Shown here: positions 41,095-53,678 of the stretch, one piece after another
Layout of the letters: each line of letters begins with the position of its first letter
Numbering within the stretch: position 1 is the first letter of the stretch
The notes under the pieces: generated by a model
Seen by the model: only the letters and a program-made list of their open reading frames with translations
Database searches by the model: none
What the model was told of the DNA's origin: nothing
Assembly: GCA_964016885.1 (NCBI GenBank)
Contig: OZ024763.1
Coordinates: 16,988,001-17,052,000, forward strand
Origin: Eledone cirrhosa
Taxonomy: Eukaryota
DNA length: 64,000 bases
Direction of reading: 5' to 3'
Made by a program: the position numbers and the translations under genes

Positions 41095-42180
41095 TATTGG
41101 ACATCTTGCTTTGCAGCATAGAGTTACGGCCTTTTATGGTTTGAATTCAAATCCTGTTGAGGTTAACTTTGCCTTTCATCCTTATGGGGTCGATAAAATA
41201 AAGTACCAGTCATGTACTGGTGTATTGCTGGCCTTGTGCCAAAAGTAGAAACAATTATTTTGTTTGTACCAGTCATGTACTGGGTTATTGCTGGCCTTGT
41301 GCCAAAAGTAGAAACAATTATTATTTTGTTTGTACCAGTAATACACTGGGTAATTGTTGGCCTTGTGCCAAAAGTAGAAACAATTATTATTTTGTTTGTA
41401 CCAGTAATACACTGGTAATTGCTGGCCTTGTGCCAAAAGTAGAAACAATTATTATTTTGTTTGTACCAGTAATACACTGGTTAATTGCTGGCCTTGTGCC
41501 AAAAGTAGAAACAATTATTATTTTGTTTGTACCAGTAATGCACTGAGTAATTGCTGGCCTTGTGCCAAAAGTAGAAACAATTATTATCTTGTTTGTACCA
41601 GTAATGTACTGGGTATTTGCTGGCCTTGTGCCAAAAGTAGAAACAATTATTTTGTTTGTACCAGTCATGTACTGGGTTATTGCTGGCCTTGTGCCAAAAG
41701 TAGAAACAATTATTATTTTGTTTGTACCAGTAATACACTGGGTAATTGTTGGCCTTGTGCCAAAAGTAGAAACAATTATTTTGTTTGTACCAGTAATACA
41801 CTGGGTTATTGCTGGCCTTGTGCCAAAAGTAGAAACAATTATTATTTTGTTTGTACCAGTAATACACTGGTTAATTACTGGCCTTGTGCCAAAAGTAGAA
41901 GCAATTATTTTGTTTGTACCAGTAATGCACTGAGTAATTGCTGGCCTTGTGCCAAAAGTAGAAGCAATTATTATCTTGTTTGTACCAGTAATACACTGGA
42001 TATTTGCTGACCTTGTGCCAAAAGTAGAAGCAATTATTATTTTGTTTGTACCAGTAATGTACTGGGTAATTGCTGGCCTTGTGCCAAAAGTAGAAACAAT
42101 TATTTTGTTTGTACCAGTAATGTACTGGGTAATTGCTGGCCTTGTGCCAAAAGTAGAAACAATTATTATTTTGTTTGTTT
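41095..42180 (+). repeat. SINE followed by ~16 tandem copies (61-64 bp) of its own 3' end
   Basis: GTACCAGTAAT..CTGGG..ATTGCTGGCCTTGTGCCAAAAGTAGAAACAATTATT units. Confidence 0.93.
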
Positions 42181-42443
42181 TTGCTCTATAAATCCTATTG
42201 ATTTCTGAATATGGCTGCAGAAGACTGACAGGAAATGTGTCTGTGTGCTGTGTTTATAGTTCTGCTTCTCATTAGAGCTGCTCCAATAGGTCCTTAACAC
42301 CCAATTTATAACATGATTATACTAACAGTATGGCTGCTATTGTACAGTTAAGGTTTTGCCAAAATCACTATTCTGACAATTTATATAACTGTCGTTTTGC
42401 TTGCACACGTTTCACATACATATAAATATATATATACATACAT

Positions 42444-42786
42444 ATCATCATCATTTCATTTTACGTCCGCTTTTTCCCTGCTTGCAAGGGTGGGACGGGA
42501 ACTGATTCTGGCTTGATTTCTACAGCTGGATGCCCTTCCTAACACCAACCTCATTTACAGTGAGTACTGGGTGTTTTTTTTGCCGTGGCACCTCCACGAC
42601 CACTTTTGCAGTGGAATGATAGGGACCCCAGTCCCTATCATCTCATTTCTACAGCTAAGTAAACTGGAGCAATGTGAAATAAAGTGTCTTGCTCAAGGAA
42701 ACAACACATCACCCGGTCTGAGAATTGAACTCACAACCTTTCGATTGCAAGGCCAATGCTCTAACCACTAAGCCATGTGCCTCCAT
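42444..42786 (-). mobile_element. full-length 29078-type SINE
   Basis: Reverse complement of 59050-59390. Confidence 0.88.
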
Positions 42787-42816
42787 ATGTAGATATATAT
42801 AGATATATATATATAT

Positions 42817-43006
42817 AGGAAAATGTTTGACCCCGACGGCAGAGCTCAAGCCGTTTCGACGGCTATTTCTGCAGAAATAGCCGTCGAAACTGCTTGAGCT
42901 CGGCCGTCGTTGTCAAACATTTTCCTATTACCCACTCTACTACCCTAAGTATTGAGTACTCTGGTGCGTTATGGTTCATCTGGTTCCTTACCACACTTCC
43001 TTCGTT
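42817..43006 (+). mobile_element. Family C palindromic element
   Basis: As 6841-7046; centre TTCTGCAGAA. Confidence 0.8.
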
Positions 43007-43160
43007 ATATATATATATATATAATATATATATATACACACATACATACATATATACATACACACACACATGCGCATCATTTAACATTGTTTTTTTTTCC
43101 TCGCTGTCTATCTATCTCTATATATATAACAATACATACATATATATATATATATACAAG

Positions 43161-43202
<42 letters not shown>

Positions 43203-43204
43203 TG

Positions 43205-43245
<41 letters not shown>

Positions 43246-43300
43246 GTATATATGTATATATACATATATGTATAGTTATATACATATATGTATATATATA

Positions 43301-43336
<36 letters not shown>

Positions 43337-43339
<3 letters not shown>

Positions 43340-43636
43340 AAAACAGAGCATGTCTGTCTGTCTGACTCCCTAAAACTCGAGAACCACCCAACCGATTTTT
43401 TTCAAACTTTACACATGTAATATTTATGGTCCTGTGAGTGTTTTGAGCAAAAAATATTTCAATGCCCTAGGGACCGCATTAGGCGATTTAGCGATCTCTC
43501 TCTATAATTCTTAGTCTTTCTTTTTAGATAGATACATAGATATAACGTTGCGCCCTTATAATATCTGTCTGTATGTCTGGCTGTCTGCATTATGACATTA
43601 AGACACTATATGTGTGTGTGTATATATGTTTATATA

Positions 43637-43690
<54 letters not shown>

Positions 43691-43969
43691 TGTAACGTTA
43701 TTCAAAATATTTAATTCTGCGTTCACAGATTGATTCTTTTAGTTTCAGAAGATCCCGTTAAGGGTGAAAGCAGCAATCTTTGCTTAAACTTTAATCTGTA
43801 CTGTTATATATAATATATAATTATATATTCGTGTACAGATATTTTTGCATACTCAATAACAAAATATAAACAAACGTATTTATTTCACGAGGCTCGATAA
43901 GGATAAATATATATCAAATATATAAGAACCCTAGAGCAAATCCCTAGCAACGCCGGGCCATTCTGCTAG
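43337..43969 (+). mobile_element. non-autonomous Helitron containing family A fragments
   Basis: 5' end homologous to 62848; 3' CCCtaGCAACGCcGGG hairpin then CTAG|T. Confidence 0.78.
43725..43799 (+). ncRNA. type I hammerhead motif, family A (CAGAAGA core)
   Basis: Third copy of the 1525-1600 fold. Confidence 0.75.
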
Positions 43970-44267
43970 TAGATATATATGCAGTGAAATTCTGTTATAA
44001 TGGAATTTTACCTGTATATGTATAGTTATATATATATATAGTTGTTATTTATTCAATGGTTTATTTCTGAGAGTTGCGTATATCTCATCTTAATCATAAA
44101 TTATGGTGTAAGCAAGTTGTAGCACTCCATATCAGGTATTGATATGCGATAGTGTCTGACACAACAGAATATCGTTATATGAATCAACATTAAGACATGT
44201 TTGTGTAATTATATAATTATTTACTTACATAATTATTTATGTAATTGCAGAAACCAGTTTAACGTTA

Positions 44268-44306
<39 letters not shown>

Positions 44307-44429
44307 TGTAATAAAAAACATAAGGCAATTATTCCATTTACCAGTGGTTTCTTAAAAGCAAAAAAATTTGCTTTCAATCCTCAGAATGAAAAAATCCTGG
44401 TCTGTTTATTGAATTTGTTGCTCATACGG

Positions 44430-45167
44430 TAACTAATTCTGGCTTGATTTCTACAGCTGGATGTCCTTCCTAACTCCAACCTCATTTACAGTGAGTGCTG
44501 GGTGCTTTTCTCCGTGGCACCTCCACGACCACTTTGCAGTGGAATGATAGGGACCCCAGTCCCTATCATCTCATTTCTACAGCTGAGTAAACTGGAGCAA
44601 TGTGAAATAAAGTGCCTTGCTCAATGAAACAACACATCACCCGGTCTGAGAATTGAACTCACAACCTTTCGATTGCAAGCCCAATGCTCTAACAACTAAG
44701 CCATGTGCCTTCATAGCCATGCGCCTTTATATATATATTTATGAAGTATAACTAGAAGGGGCTATTTTGCCAGTAAGTGTATCAAATGCCATGCTTTGCA
44801 GCATAGAGTTGCTGTCCTTTATGGTCTGACTTCAAAGCCCACCGAGGTTAGCTTTGCCTTTCATCCTTATGGAGTCGATAAAATAAAGTACCAGTAATAC
44901 ACTGGGGTTAGTTTAATTGACTTTACCCTCTCCCAAAATTGTTGGCCTTGTGTTCAAATCAGAAGCTATTGTTATGTTGATTGGCAGTATCGGTAGAGGG
45001 TCGGACGTCATGCTTTGCAGCAAAGAGTTACGTCCCTTTATGGTCTGAGTTCAAATCCTGCCAAGGTTAACTTTGCCTTTCATCCTTACGGGGTCGATAA
45101 AAATAAAGTACCAGTAATACACTGGGATAATTGCTGGCCTTGTGCCAAAAGTAGAAACAATTATTAT
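44430..45167. mobile_element. SINE cluster (44430-44712 minus; 44760-44975 and 44977-45167 plus)
   Basis: Matches to the two SINE families above. Confidence 0.85.
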
Positions 45168-45486
45168 GAAGGCGGGTAATGTTAAAAATAACAACACACA
45201 GATTTAACACAGAAGTTTATTTATTTTCACCACCAATTGTTAAGACAATTTAAACCCAAACCCAACATTAACACTATTCATATTTACCAGAGACCAGTAA
45301 AATAAGCTTAAAAAGCATATTTGTTTATTTTACTGCGACCGGCAAATTAGCCTATTCGTATATACATTTATAGTCATTTCAAACGATTGGAAACATATGT
45401 AAGGGAATAAATATAGTTTTTTGATGAAAGAAGTAATATTTTTCCATTAATACTCTTGTTTATATATATATATATATTATATATAA

Positions 45487-45680
45487 TAGGAACAAGTAAG
45501 ACCCCGACGGCTGAGCTCAAGCCGTTTCGACGGCTAATTCTGGACCAGAATTAGCCGTCGAAACGGCTTGAGCTCAGCCGTCGGGGTCTTACTTGTTCCT
45601 ATTACACACTCTACTACCCTAAGTATTGAGTACTTTGGTGCATTATGGTCCACCTGGTTCCTTACCACATTTCCTTCGTT
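45487..45680 (+). mobile_element. Family C palindromic element
   Basis: Near-perfect palindrome centred on TTCTGGACCAGAA plus tail. Confidence 0.82.
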
Positions 45681-45729
45681 TTATATATAATATATATATA
45701 TATATAATATATATATATATATAATATAT

Positions 45730-45785
<56 letters not shown>

Positions 45786-45980
45786 TAGGTATAGGATTAT
45801 CCAAGATGTAGTAATGGTTAATTACTACACTGGATATGGTTGACGTACGGTAAGAGGTTACTCTACGAGTTATGGAAGAATTGTTGAAGAAACTTAGTTC
45901 CTGATCCTTCAGTATTCCGGAGTGTATATAAAGAATGAATAATAACAGGTAGACATCATAAAAAGGTAATTTATTCCGTG

Positions 45981-46092
45981 TGCTTACAAGTGTTTCCACG
46001 GTGGTACTGCAGCCTAGTTATGCTATGTTCAAATTCACAAGTACTTGCAGAACTCAAATATCCAATGCTGTGACCACTGTTTCCTCAGAGCA
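45981..46092 (-). ncRNA. type I hammerhead, family J, large helix II insertion
   Basis: Reverse complement of 46099-46213 with a small deletion. Confidence 0.72.
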
Positions 46093-46098
46093 GAATGC

Positions 46099-46213
46099 TG
46101 CTCTGAGGAAACAGTGGTCACAGCATTCTGGGATATTTGAGTTCTGCAAGTACTTGTGAATTTGCACATAGCATAACTAGGCTGCAGTACCACCGTGGAA
46201 ACACTTGTAAGCA
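46099..46213 (+). ncRNA. type I hammerhead, family J, large helix II insertion
   Basis: TGCT-CTGAGGA-aACaGTGGT-[~70 nt]-ACCACcGTg-GAAA CACTTG T-A-AGCA then AATAAA. Confidence 0.75.
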
Positions 46214-46432
46214 CACGGAATAAATTACCTTTTTATGATGTCTACCTGTTATTATTCATTCTTTATATATATATATATAAATGTAAATAAATGTATATAG
46301 ATATATTTGGGGAGGGTCATATTGTTATAATATTGCCAGAAATAATAAGAACACAGTTTGGTTTGGATTGGTTTTCGCTTCTCTATCTTGTGTATCTCCA
46401 TAGTTAATTTATCTGGCAGTCAAGGTTTATCA

Positions 46433-46471
<39 letters not shown>

Positions 46472-46476
<5 letters not shown>

Positions 46477-47232
46477 GAGGTTATATTTAATTTGTTGGGA
46501 TTCAACAAGCTTAAACAATTTTTTTATAACTGATATAAAGCACTCAACGGCTAGTGGAGTAAATACACAATATATTAATAAATTCCGACCTCACACACTT
46601 ACACCTCTCCAAGACAATGTCACTGGACCGAGAGCTTTGGCGGTACTCAGTAACAGAGAAGACCCGCGTTAACTAAATACAAAGTAAAACCTACTACAGT
46701 CAGTAGGCATCTCTAACAAAATACACCCCCATCCCACCACCCCCACCCCATCCACACCGCCCCTTTCAATGTAAAGTTATGTTGGTGCCACAAAATCCAG
46801 GCCGAAACAAATGAGATCGTGTAGGTGTCACGACAAAAAAACACACAGTCCACGCTGTAATGTGGCCGTGTAGGCAACACGGTAAAAACCTCCCAGCCCC
46901 ACACTGTAAATGTGGTTGGTGTTAGGAAGGGCATCCAACTGTAGAAAACCCGCCAGACAGTCCTATACAAGCAAGACAACCACTCTTGCCTCAAGTGGGA
47001 AAACTCCCGTCCAAACCCATGCAAGCGTGGAACACGGACGTTAAACGATGATGATGATGATGATTAATAAATGGAAACTATATTTATAAAACCATATTTA
47101 TTTTATTATACATATTTCAAGGGCAACCAAGGCAAATTATGGTGCGCTTTCATCAGATAAAATACAGATTTGTTTTATAAATAAATAAATATGGTTTTAT
47201 AAATATAGTTTCCATTTATTAATATATTGTAT
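46472..47232 (-). mobile_element. Family F element split by an RTE 3' fragment (46584-47062, TSD ATTAATAAAT)
   Basis: Tail 46472-46583 matches 20862-20968; inverted arm 47180-47230. Confidence 0.8.
47101..47162 (-). ncRNA. type I hammerhead ribozyme, family F
   Basis: TTTTAT-CTGATGA-AAGCGCACCA..TGGTTGCCCTT-GAAA TATGTA T-A-ATAAAA. Confidence 0.82.
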
Positions 47233-48164
47233 ACACATCTGCAACATCATCAGTGGTACTATTATGTTGCCTCCCGTTGTATTGTAATGCCTACGCCATT
47301 TTTATTTTATTTATTTATTTATTCTTGTCTCTCTCTGTGTGCGCATGCGTTTGCGTGTGTGTTTTCTGTTTGGTGTGTGTGTTCGTGCCTGAGTCTACGT
47401 GTGTTTGTAGTCTATCTTTGTTCACTAGTGTGTGTTTGTTGTTATTATACTTGTATATTTATTTATTCATTTATATTTACCTTAGATCAGTATTGTGTTT
47501 GTGTATGGTTGTTGTTGTTCCATTCGTTGTCATTATATATATATACATTATTACATTATATACATTTTTATATAATTTTTATATATACATTATTACATTA
47601 TATACATTTTTATTTGTCATTATATATGTATATAATGACAACCTACCTAGTGTTGGTGATTTGCTTTGGCTTTCATCTTTCCGAGGTCAGTAAAATCATG
47701 TACCAGTCACACACTGGGGGCAGTTTAATTGACATACCCTTCTCCACCATACCTCATAAAATATTTACCGGTCTTATGCCTTGTGCCTAAATTAAAAACA
47801 TTTATTATCTTTCCTTAACATATAAATAAATGCTAGACTATCGTAATTTATTATCTAAACCTTCTAACTAATTAATTAAAGAACCGAATGACCGGTTAAA
47901 CTTTAACTTACCAAAGTAAAGAATGTAAAGTCCTTTCTAAGAATTTTTCGCTTCCCTGGGTTTTATTGTATTTATCATTTATCATGTTTAATGTTTGAAA
48001 AATACCTGCATCATTTAACCTGAAGAAAGAAACATTTTTACGTATGGGGAAAATGGTAGCTCTTTCATTGGTTACTAACTTTAAGTATCGCTGGTTTCAT
48101 AGGGATGCCACTAATGTGTTTGTTGTAATTAAAATTGGTGATGAAATTAATTAGGCGATGGAAT

Positions 48165-48622
48165 ATCTCTCTCTCTCTACCTCTCTCTCTCTTTGTCTGT
48201 TTATCTTTGTGTCTCTCTCTCTCTCTCTCTACCTCTCTGTCTGTCTCTGTGTCTGTCTCTCTCTCTCACTCTGTCTTCCTCTCTGTCTGTCTCTGTGTGT
48301 CTGTCTCTCTCTCTCACTCTGTCTTCCTCTCTGTCTCTGTGTGTCTGTCTCTCTCTCTCACTCTGTCTTCCTCTCTGTCTGTCTCTGTGTGTCTGTCTCT
48401 CTCTCTCACTCTGTCTTCCTCTCTGTCTCTCTCTGTCTGTCTATCTACCTCTCTGTGTCTCTCTCTCACTCTGTCTTCCTCTCTGTCCCTCTGTCTCTGT
48501 CTACCTCTCTGTCTACATTTCTGTGTCTCTCTCTCTCTCTCCATTTCTGTGTCTCTCTCTCTCTCTCTCCACTTCTCAGTCTGTCTGTGCGTCTCTCTCT
48601 CTGTCTCTGTGTCTAACTCTAC

Positions 48623-48696
<74 letters not shown>

Positions 48697-48845
48697 CTGT
48701 GCCTGTCTATCTCTTTCTCTGTCTGTTGTCTCTATGCTTCTTTGTTTGTCTCTGTCTGGCTGTTTCTCTCTCACCCCACTCTCTCTGTCTCTCTCTATCT
48801 CTCTCTGTCTCTCTCTGTCTCTCCCAACTCTCTCTGTCTCTCTGT
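48165..48845. repeat. (CT)n/(CTGT)n array
   Basis: Direct reading. Confidence 0.95.
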
Positions 48846-49004
48846 GGACCAAGGACATCTGAGGTCTTGACGGTAACCAACAAGAACAACAAGTTGGTCA
48901 CTCCCACTTTTTGGCTATCTTCCATTCCTCTACGGTGTTATGGACAGCAGTGTCTGGGTGTGGTCAAAGTTGGAGGTGGAGAACATGTTGTAGCACATGG
49001 TGTC

Positions 49005-49592
49005 CCAGATTAAAGATTTATCTTCCTCAAATGGAAAAGGGTTATCCCATCTCAGATTAAAGATAAGAGGGTTATCCCATCTCAGATTAAAGATAAGAGG
49101 GTTATCCCATCTCAGATTAAAGATAAGAGGGTTATCCCATCTCAGATTAACCCTTTAGCATTTACATTACTCTATATATACTACTGTATTTTCATGGTAA
49201 ACACTTTATCTCATATAATTATCTCACATAATATTGAATCTATGAGATGTTGATATTATATATTTTGAGAACAATACCTGAACATAAGTATGAGTGGCTG
49301 GTTATGGCCAGTTTGAACAGAAAGCAGTGAGAAAATTCTGGCTGAATACGGCCAGTTTAAATACTAAAGGGTTAAAGATGATAAGAGGGTTATCTCATCT
49401 CAGATTAAATTGCAAGAGGCTTACCCCATCTCAGATTAAAGATGGTAAGAAGGTTATCCCATCTTAGATCAAAGAGAAGATGGTTACTCCATCTTAGATT
49501 AAAGATGGCAAGATGGTTATCCCATCTTAGATTAAAGAGAAGATGGTTATTCCATCTTAGATTAGAGATAGCAAGAGGGTTATCCCATTTCA
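49005..49592. repeat. ~30-bp minisatellite interrupted by a MITE
   Basis: AGAGGGTTATCCCATCTCAGATTAAAGATA units. Confidence 0.88.
49151..49371 (-). mobile_element. piggyBac-like MITE, unexpanded
   Basis: TTAA on both sides; TIR CCCTTTAGCATTTA / TAAATACTAAAGGG. Confidence 0.9.
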
Positions 49593-49862
49593 AATCCTGC
49601 TGAAGTTAACTTTGCCTTTGATCCTTATGGGGGTTGATATAATAAAGTACCAGCAATGCACTGGGGTTTTTGCTGGCCTTGTGCAAAAAATAGAAATATT
49701 ATTATTATTATGGGCGGTGTTGGACAACATGCTTTACAGCATAGTTATGTCCCTTTACATTGAGTTCAATTCCTGCCGAGGTTAGCTTTGTCGTTCATCC
49801 TTATGGGGTCGATAAAGTACCAGTAATACACTGGAGTAAATTTAATTGACTTTCCCCTTCCC
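49590..49862 (+). mobile_element. two degenerate SINE copies
   Basis: GTTAACTTTGCCTTT..ATCCTTATGGGG core. Confidence 0.75.
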
Positions 49863-50031
49863 TAATAATATATATATATATATTATTCTAAGTTTTCTCA
49901 GTTCTTTGGTGATATTTAATCTCCCAATCAAGTCACATGACCTCAGATTATAAAAACACTTTATGCAGAATGTTTCACAGTTCCCAACAAAGATTTTTAC
50001 AGAGTAGCTATATTTTGGTGAGCCATCTTAA

Positions 50032-50886
50032 CCCTTTAGCATTTAAACCGGTCATATCTGCCCAGAATTCTCTCTCTTCTTTCTGTTCAAACTGGCCATA
50101 ACTGGCTTCTCATACTTATGTCAAGGTATTGTTCTTAAAATAGATAATATCAAAATCTCATAGATTCGATATTATGTGAGATAAAGCCTTTACCATGAAA
50201 ATATAATAGTATATATAGAGTAATGTAAATGTTATGTGAGATATTATGTGAGGTAAAGCCTTTACCATGAAAATATAATAGTATATATAGAGTAATGTAA
50301 ATGTTATGTGAGATATTATGTGAGGTAAAGCCTTTATCATGAAAATATAATAGTATATATAGAGTAATGTAAATGTTATGTGAGATATTATGTGAGGTAA
50401 AGCCTTTACCATGAAAATATAATAGTAAATATAGAGTAATGTAAATGTTATGCGAGATATTATGTGAGGTAAAGCCTTTACCATGAAAATATAATAGTAT
50501 ATATAGAGTAATGTAAATGTTATGTGAGATATTATGTGAGGTAAAGCCTTTACCATGAAAATATAATAGTAAATATAGAGTAATGTAAATGTTATGTGAG
50601 ATATTATGTGAGGTAAAGCCTTTACCATGAAAATATAATAGTATATATAGAGTAATGTAAATGTTATGTGAGATATTATGTGAGGTAAAGCCTTTACCAT
50701 GAAAATATAATAGTATATATAGAGTAATGTAAATGTTATGTGAGATATTATGTGAGGTAAAGCCTTTACCATGAAAATATAATAGTATATATAGAGTAAT
50801 GTAAATGTTATGTGAGGTATTATGTGAGGTAAAGCCTTTACCATGAAAATATAATAGTATATATAGAGTAATGTAAATGCTAAAAG
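50032..50886 (+). mobile_element. piggyBac-like MITE with ~10 units of the 72-bp repeat
   Basis: TTAA|CCCTTTAGCATTTA; same unit as 10627-12995. Confidence 0.85.
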
Positions 50887-51082
50887 TTCTTATTACTAAT
50901 GGCATCGCTTTCAGGTTTTTGTCTCACTACACCCTAGTAATTTTGACTCTTAACTCAGACTAGTTGTCAAGTTTTGGGGGTAGAGGGTCGGTCCCTGTGA
51001 TAAAATGATCCCCTGATATTGTCATGTTGTCTGACACTTGTTCTCATTCCTATCAACCACAATATCAGGCTCCCTGTTGTTT

Positions 51083-53450
51083 CTATTGTATTGAGAGTAC
51101 TCTTCATAATATGTGTGCAGTACCTAGTAGTGCTATCTTCTGTATGTTGTATATATTTGTAATATATATACAGTACCTAGTAGTGCTATCTTCTGTATGT
51201 TGTATATATTTGTAATATATATACAGTACCTAGTAGTGCTATCTTCTGTATGTTGTATATATTTGTAATATATATATACAGTACCTAGTAGTGCTATCTT
51301 CTGTATGTTGTATATATTTGTAATATATATACAGTACCTAGTAGTGCTATCTTCTGTATGTTGTATATATTTGTAATATATATATACAGTACCTAGTAGT
51401 GCTATCTTCTGTATGTTGTATATATTTATAATATATATATACAGTACCTAGTAGTGCTATCTTCTGTATGTTGTATATATTTGTAATATATATACAGTAC
51501 CTAGTAGTGCTATCTTCTGTATGTTGTATATATTTGTAATATATATATACAGTACCTAGTAGTGCTATCTTCTGTATGTTGTATATATTTGTAATATATA
51601 TACAGTACCTAGTAGTGCTATCTTCTGTATGTTGTATATATTTGTAATATATATACAGTACCCAGTAGTACTATCTTCTGTATGTTGTATATATTTGTAA
51701 TATATATACAGTACCTAGTAGTGCTATCTTCTGTATGTTGTATATATTTGTAATATATATATACAGTACCTAGTAGTGCTATCTTCTGTATGTTGTATAT
51801 ATTTGTAATATATATACAGTACCTAGTAGTGCTATCTTCTGTATGTTGTATATATTTGTAATATATATACAGTACCTAGTAGTGCTATCTTCTGTATGTT
51901 GTATATATTTGTAATATATATACAGTACCTAGTAGTGCTATCTTCTGTATGTTGTATATATTTGTAATATATATACAGTACCTAGTAGTGCTATCTTCTG
52001 TATGTTGTATATATTTGTAATATATATACAGTACCTAGTAGTGCTATCTTCTGTATGTTGTATATATTTGTAATATATATACAGTACCTAGTAGTGCTAT
52101 CTTCTGTATGTTGTATATATTTGTAATATATATATACAGTACCCAGTAGTGCTATCTTCTGTATGTTGTATATATTTGTAATATATATACAGTACCTAGT
52201 AGTGCTATCTTCTGTATGTTGTATATATTTGTAATATATATATACAGTACCCAGTAGTGCTATCTTCTGTATGTTGTATATATTTGTAATATATATACAG
52301 TACCTAGTAGTGCTATCTTCTGTATGTTGTATATATTTGTAATATATATACAGTACCCAGTAGTGCTATCTTCTGTATGTTGTATATATTTGTAATATAT
52401 ATACAGTACCCAGTAGTGCTATCTTCTGTATGTTGTATATATTTGTAATATATATACAGTACCTAGTAGTACTATCTTCTGTATGTTGTATATATTTGTA
52501 ATATATATACAGTACCTAGTAGTACTATCTTCTGTATGTTGTATATATACAGTACCTAGTAGAGCTATCTTCTGTATGTTGTATATATTTGTAATATATA
52601 TACAGTACCTAGTAGTACTATCTTCTGTATGTTGTATATATTTGTAATATATATACAGTACCTAGTAGTACTATCTTCTGTATGTTGTATATATTTGTAA
52701 TATATATACAGTGCCTAGTAGTGCTATCTTCTGTATGTTGTATGTATTTATAAGTTTTGGAGTTTTAGTTATGTATCCGTCTGTGTGTTTTATTTATCCT
52801 TCCTAAAATAACTATTCTTATAGGTATTGTTTATGTCTTCATCATCCACATTTGGGTTATTTCTCTCTCTAGATCTTTATATTTGGATGATTTCTTCAGG
52901 GTGGCGGATTGGCAGTATCAGTAGAGAGTCAGACACCATGCTTTGCAGCATAGAGTTACGGCCTTTTATGGTCTGAGTTCAAATCCCGCCGAGGTTAACT
53001 TTGCCTTTCATCCTTACGGGGTCGGTAAAATAAAGTACCAGTAATACACTGGGATAATTGCTGGCCTTGTGCCAAAAATAGAAACAATTATTATTATTGC
53101 AACATGGATATCCTGTTTGAAGGGAGAGTTTTATCTCACATAATATGGAATCTATGAGATTTTGATGATGTTATTATTTATTTTGGGTTCAAATCCCGCC
53201 GAGATTAACTTTTCCTTTCATCCTTAGGGGGTCAATAAAATAAAGTACCAGTGACGCACTGGGCTTCGATTTAATCGACTTTCCCCTCCACCAAAATTGC
53301 TGGCCTTGTGCCTATATAAGAAACCATTATAGGTATTGTTTCTATCTTCATCATCTACATTCGGGTTATTTCTATCTCTAGATCTTTATATTTGGATAAT
53401 TTCTTCATTTACTTGATGGATATATTGTCGTCTGTGGGGATAGACACATT
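51083..53450 (-). mobile_element. RLE-type (R4/Dong-like) non-LTR retrotransposon 3' remnants
   Basis: Minus translations NVSIPTDDNISIK*MKKLSKYKDLEIEITRM (53330-53450), KYKDLEREITQMW (52820-52897) and NIQKIALLGTAHIL*RVLSIQ* (51083-51160). Confidence 0.8.
51118..52750. repeat. 53/55-bp minisatellite, ~30 units
   Basis: Unit CAGTACCTAGTAGTGCTATCTTCTGTATGTTGTATATATTTGTAATATATATA. Confidence 0.96.
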
Positions 53451-53678
53451 ATTATTTTTTTTATCAGGGCAGTGAATTGGCAGAGCATCAGATACCATGC
53501 TTTGTGACACAGAGTTACGGCCCTTTGCGTTCTGAGTTCAAATCCTGCCGAGGTTAGCTTTGACTTTCATCCTTATAGGGTCAATAAAATAAAGTATCAG
53601 TAATGTACTGGGGTTGATTTAATCGACTTTCTCCTCTTCCAAAATTGTTGACCTTGGGCCTAAATCAGAAACCATTAT
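52898..53678 (+). mobile_element. three tRNA-derived SINE copies (52898-53095, 53185-53330, 53466-53678)
   Basis: GGCGGATTGGCAGTATC head, B box and shared core. Confidence 0.85.

Larger units (their letters stand above)
45788..46270 (-). mobile_element. Family J inverted PLE-like element
   Basis: Arms 45925-46092 and 46099-46270; unpaired tail 45788-45924. Confidence 0.8.

Noticed and set aside
42185-42410. Unique stretches as host exons (also 36700-37160, 40140-40260, 47800-48160, 54200-54550, 60340-60500)
   Set aside because: No supportable ORF or exon; they may be regulatory but this cannot be shown from sequence alone.
48135-49013. 292-aa ORF with a unique C-terminal part
   Set aside because: Mostly (CT)n; the remainder has no recognisable domain or convincing splice context.
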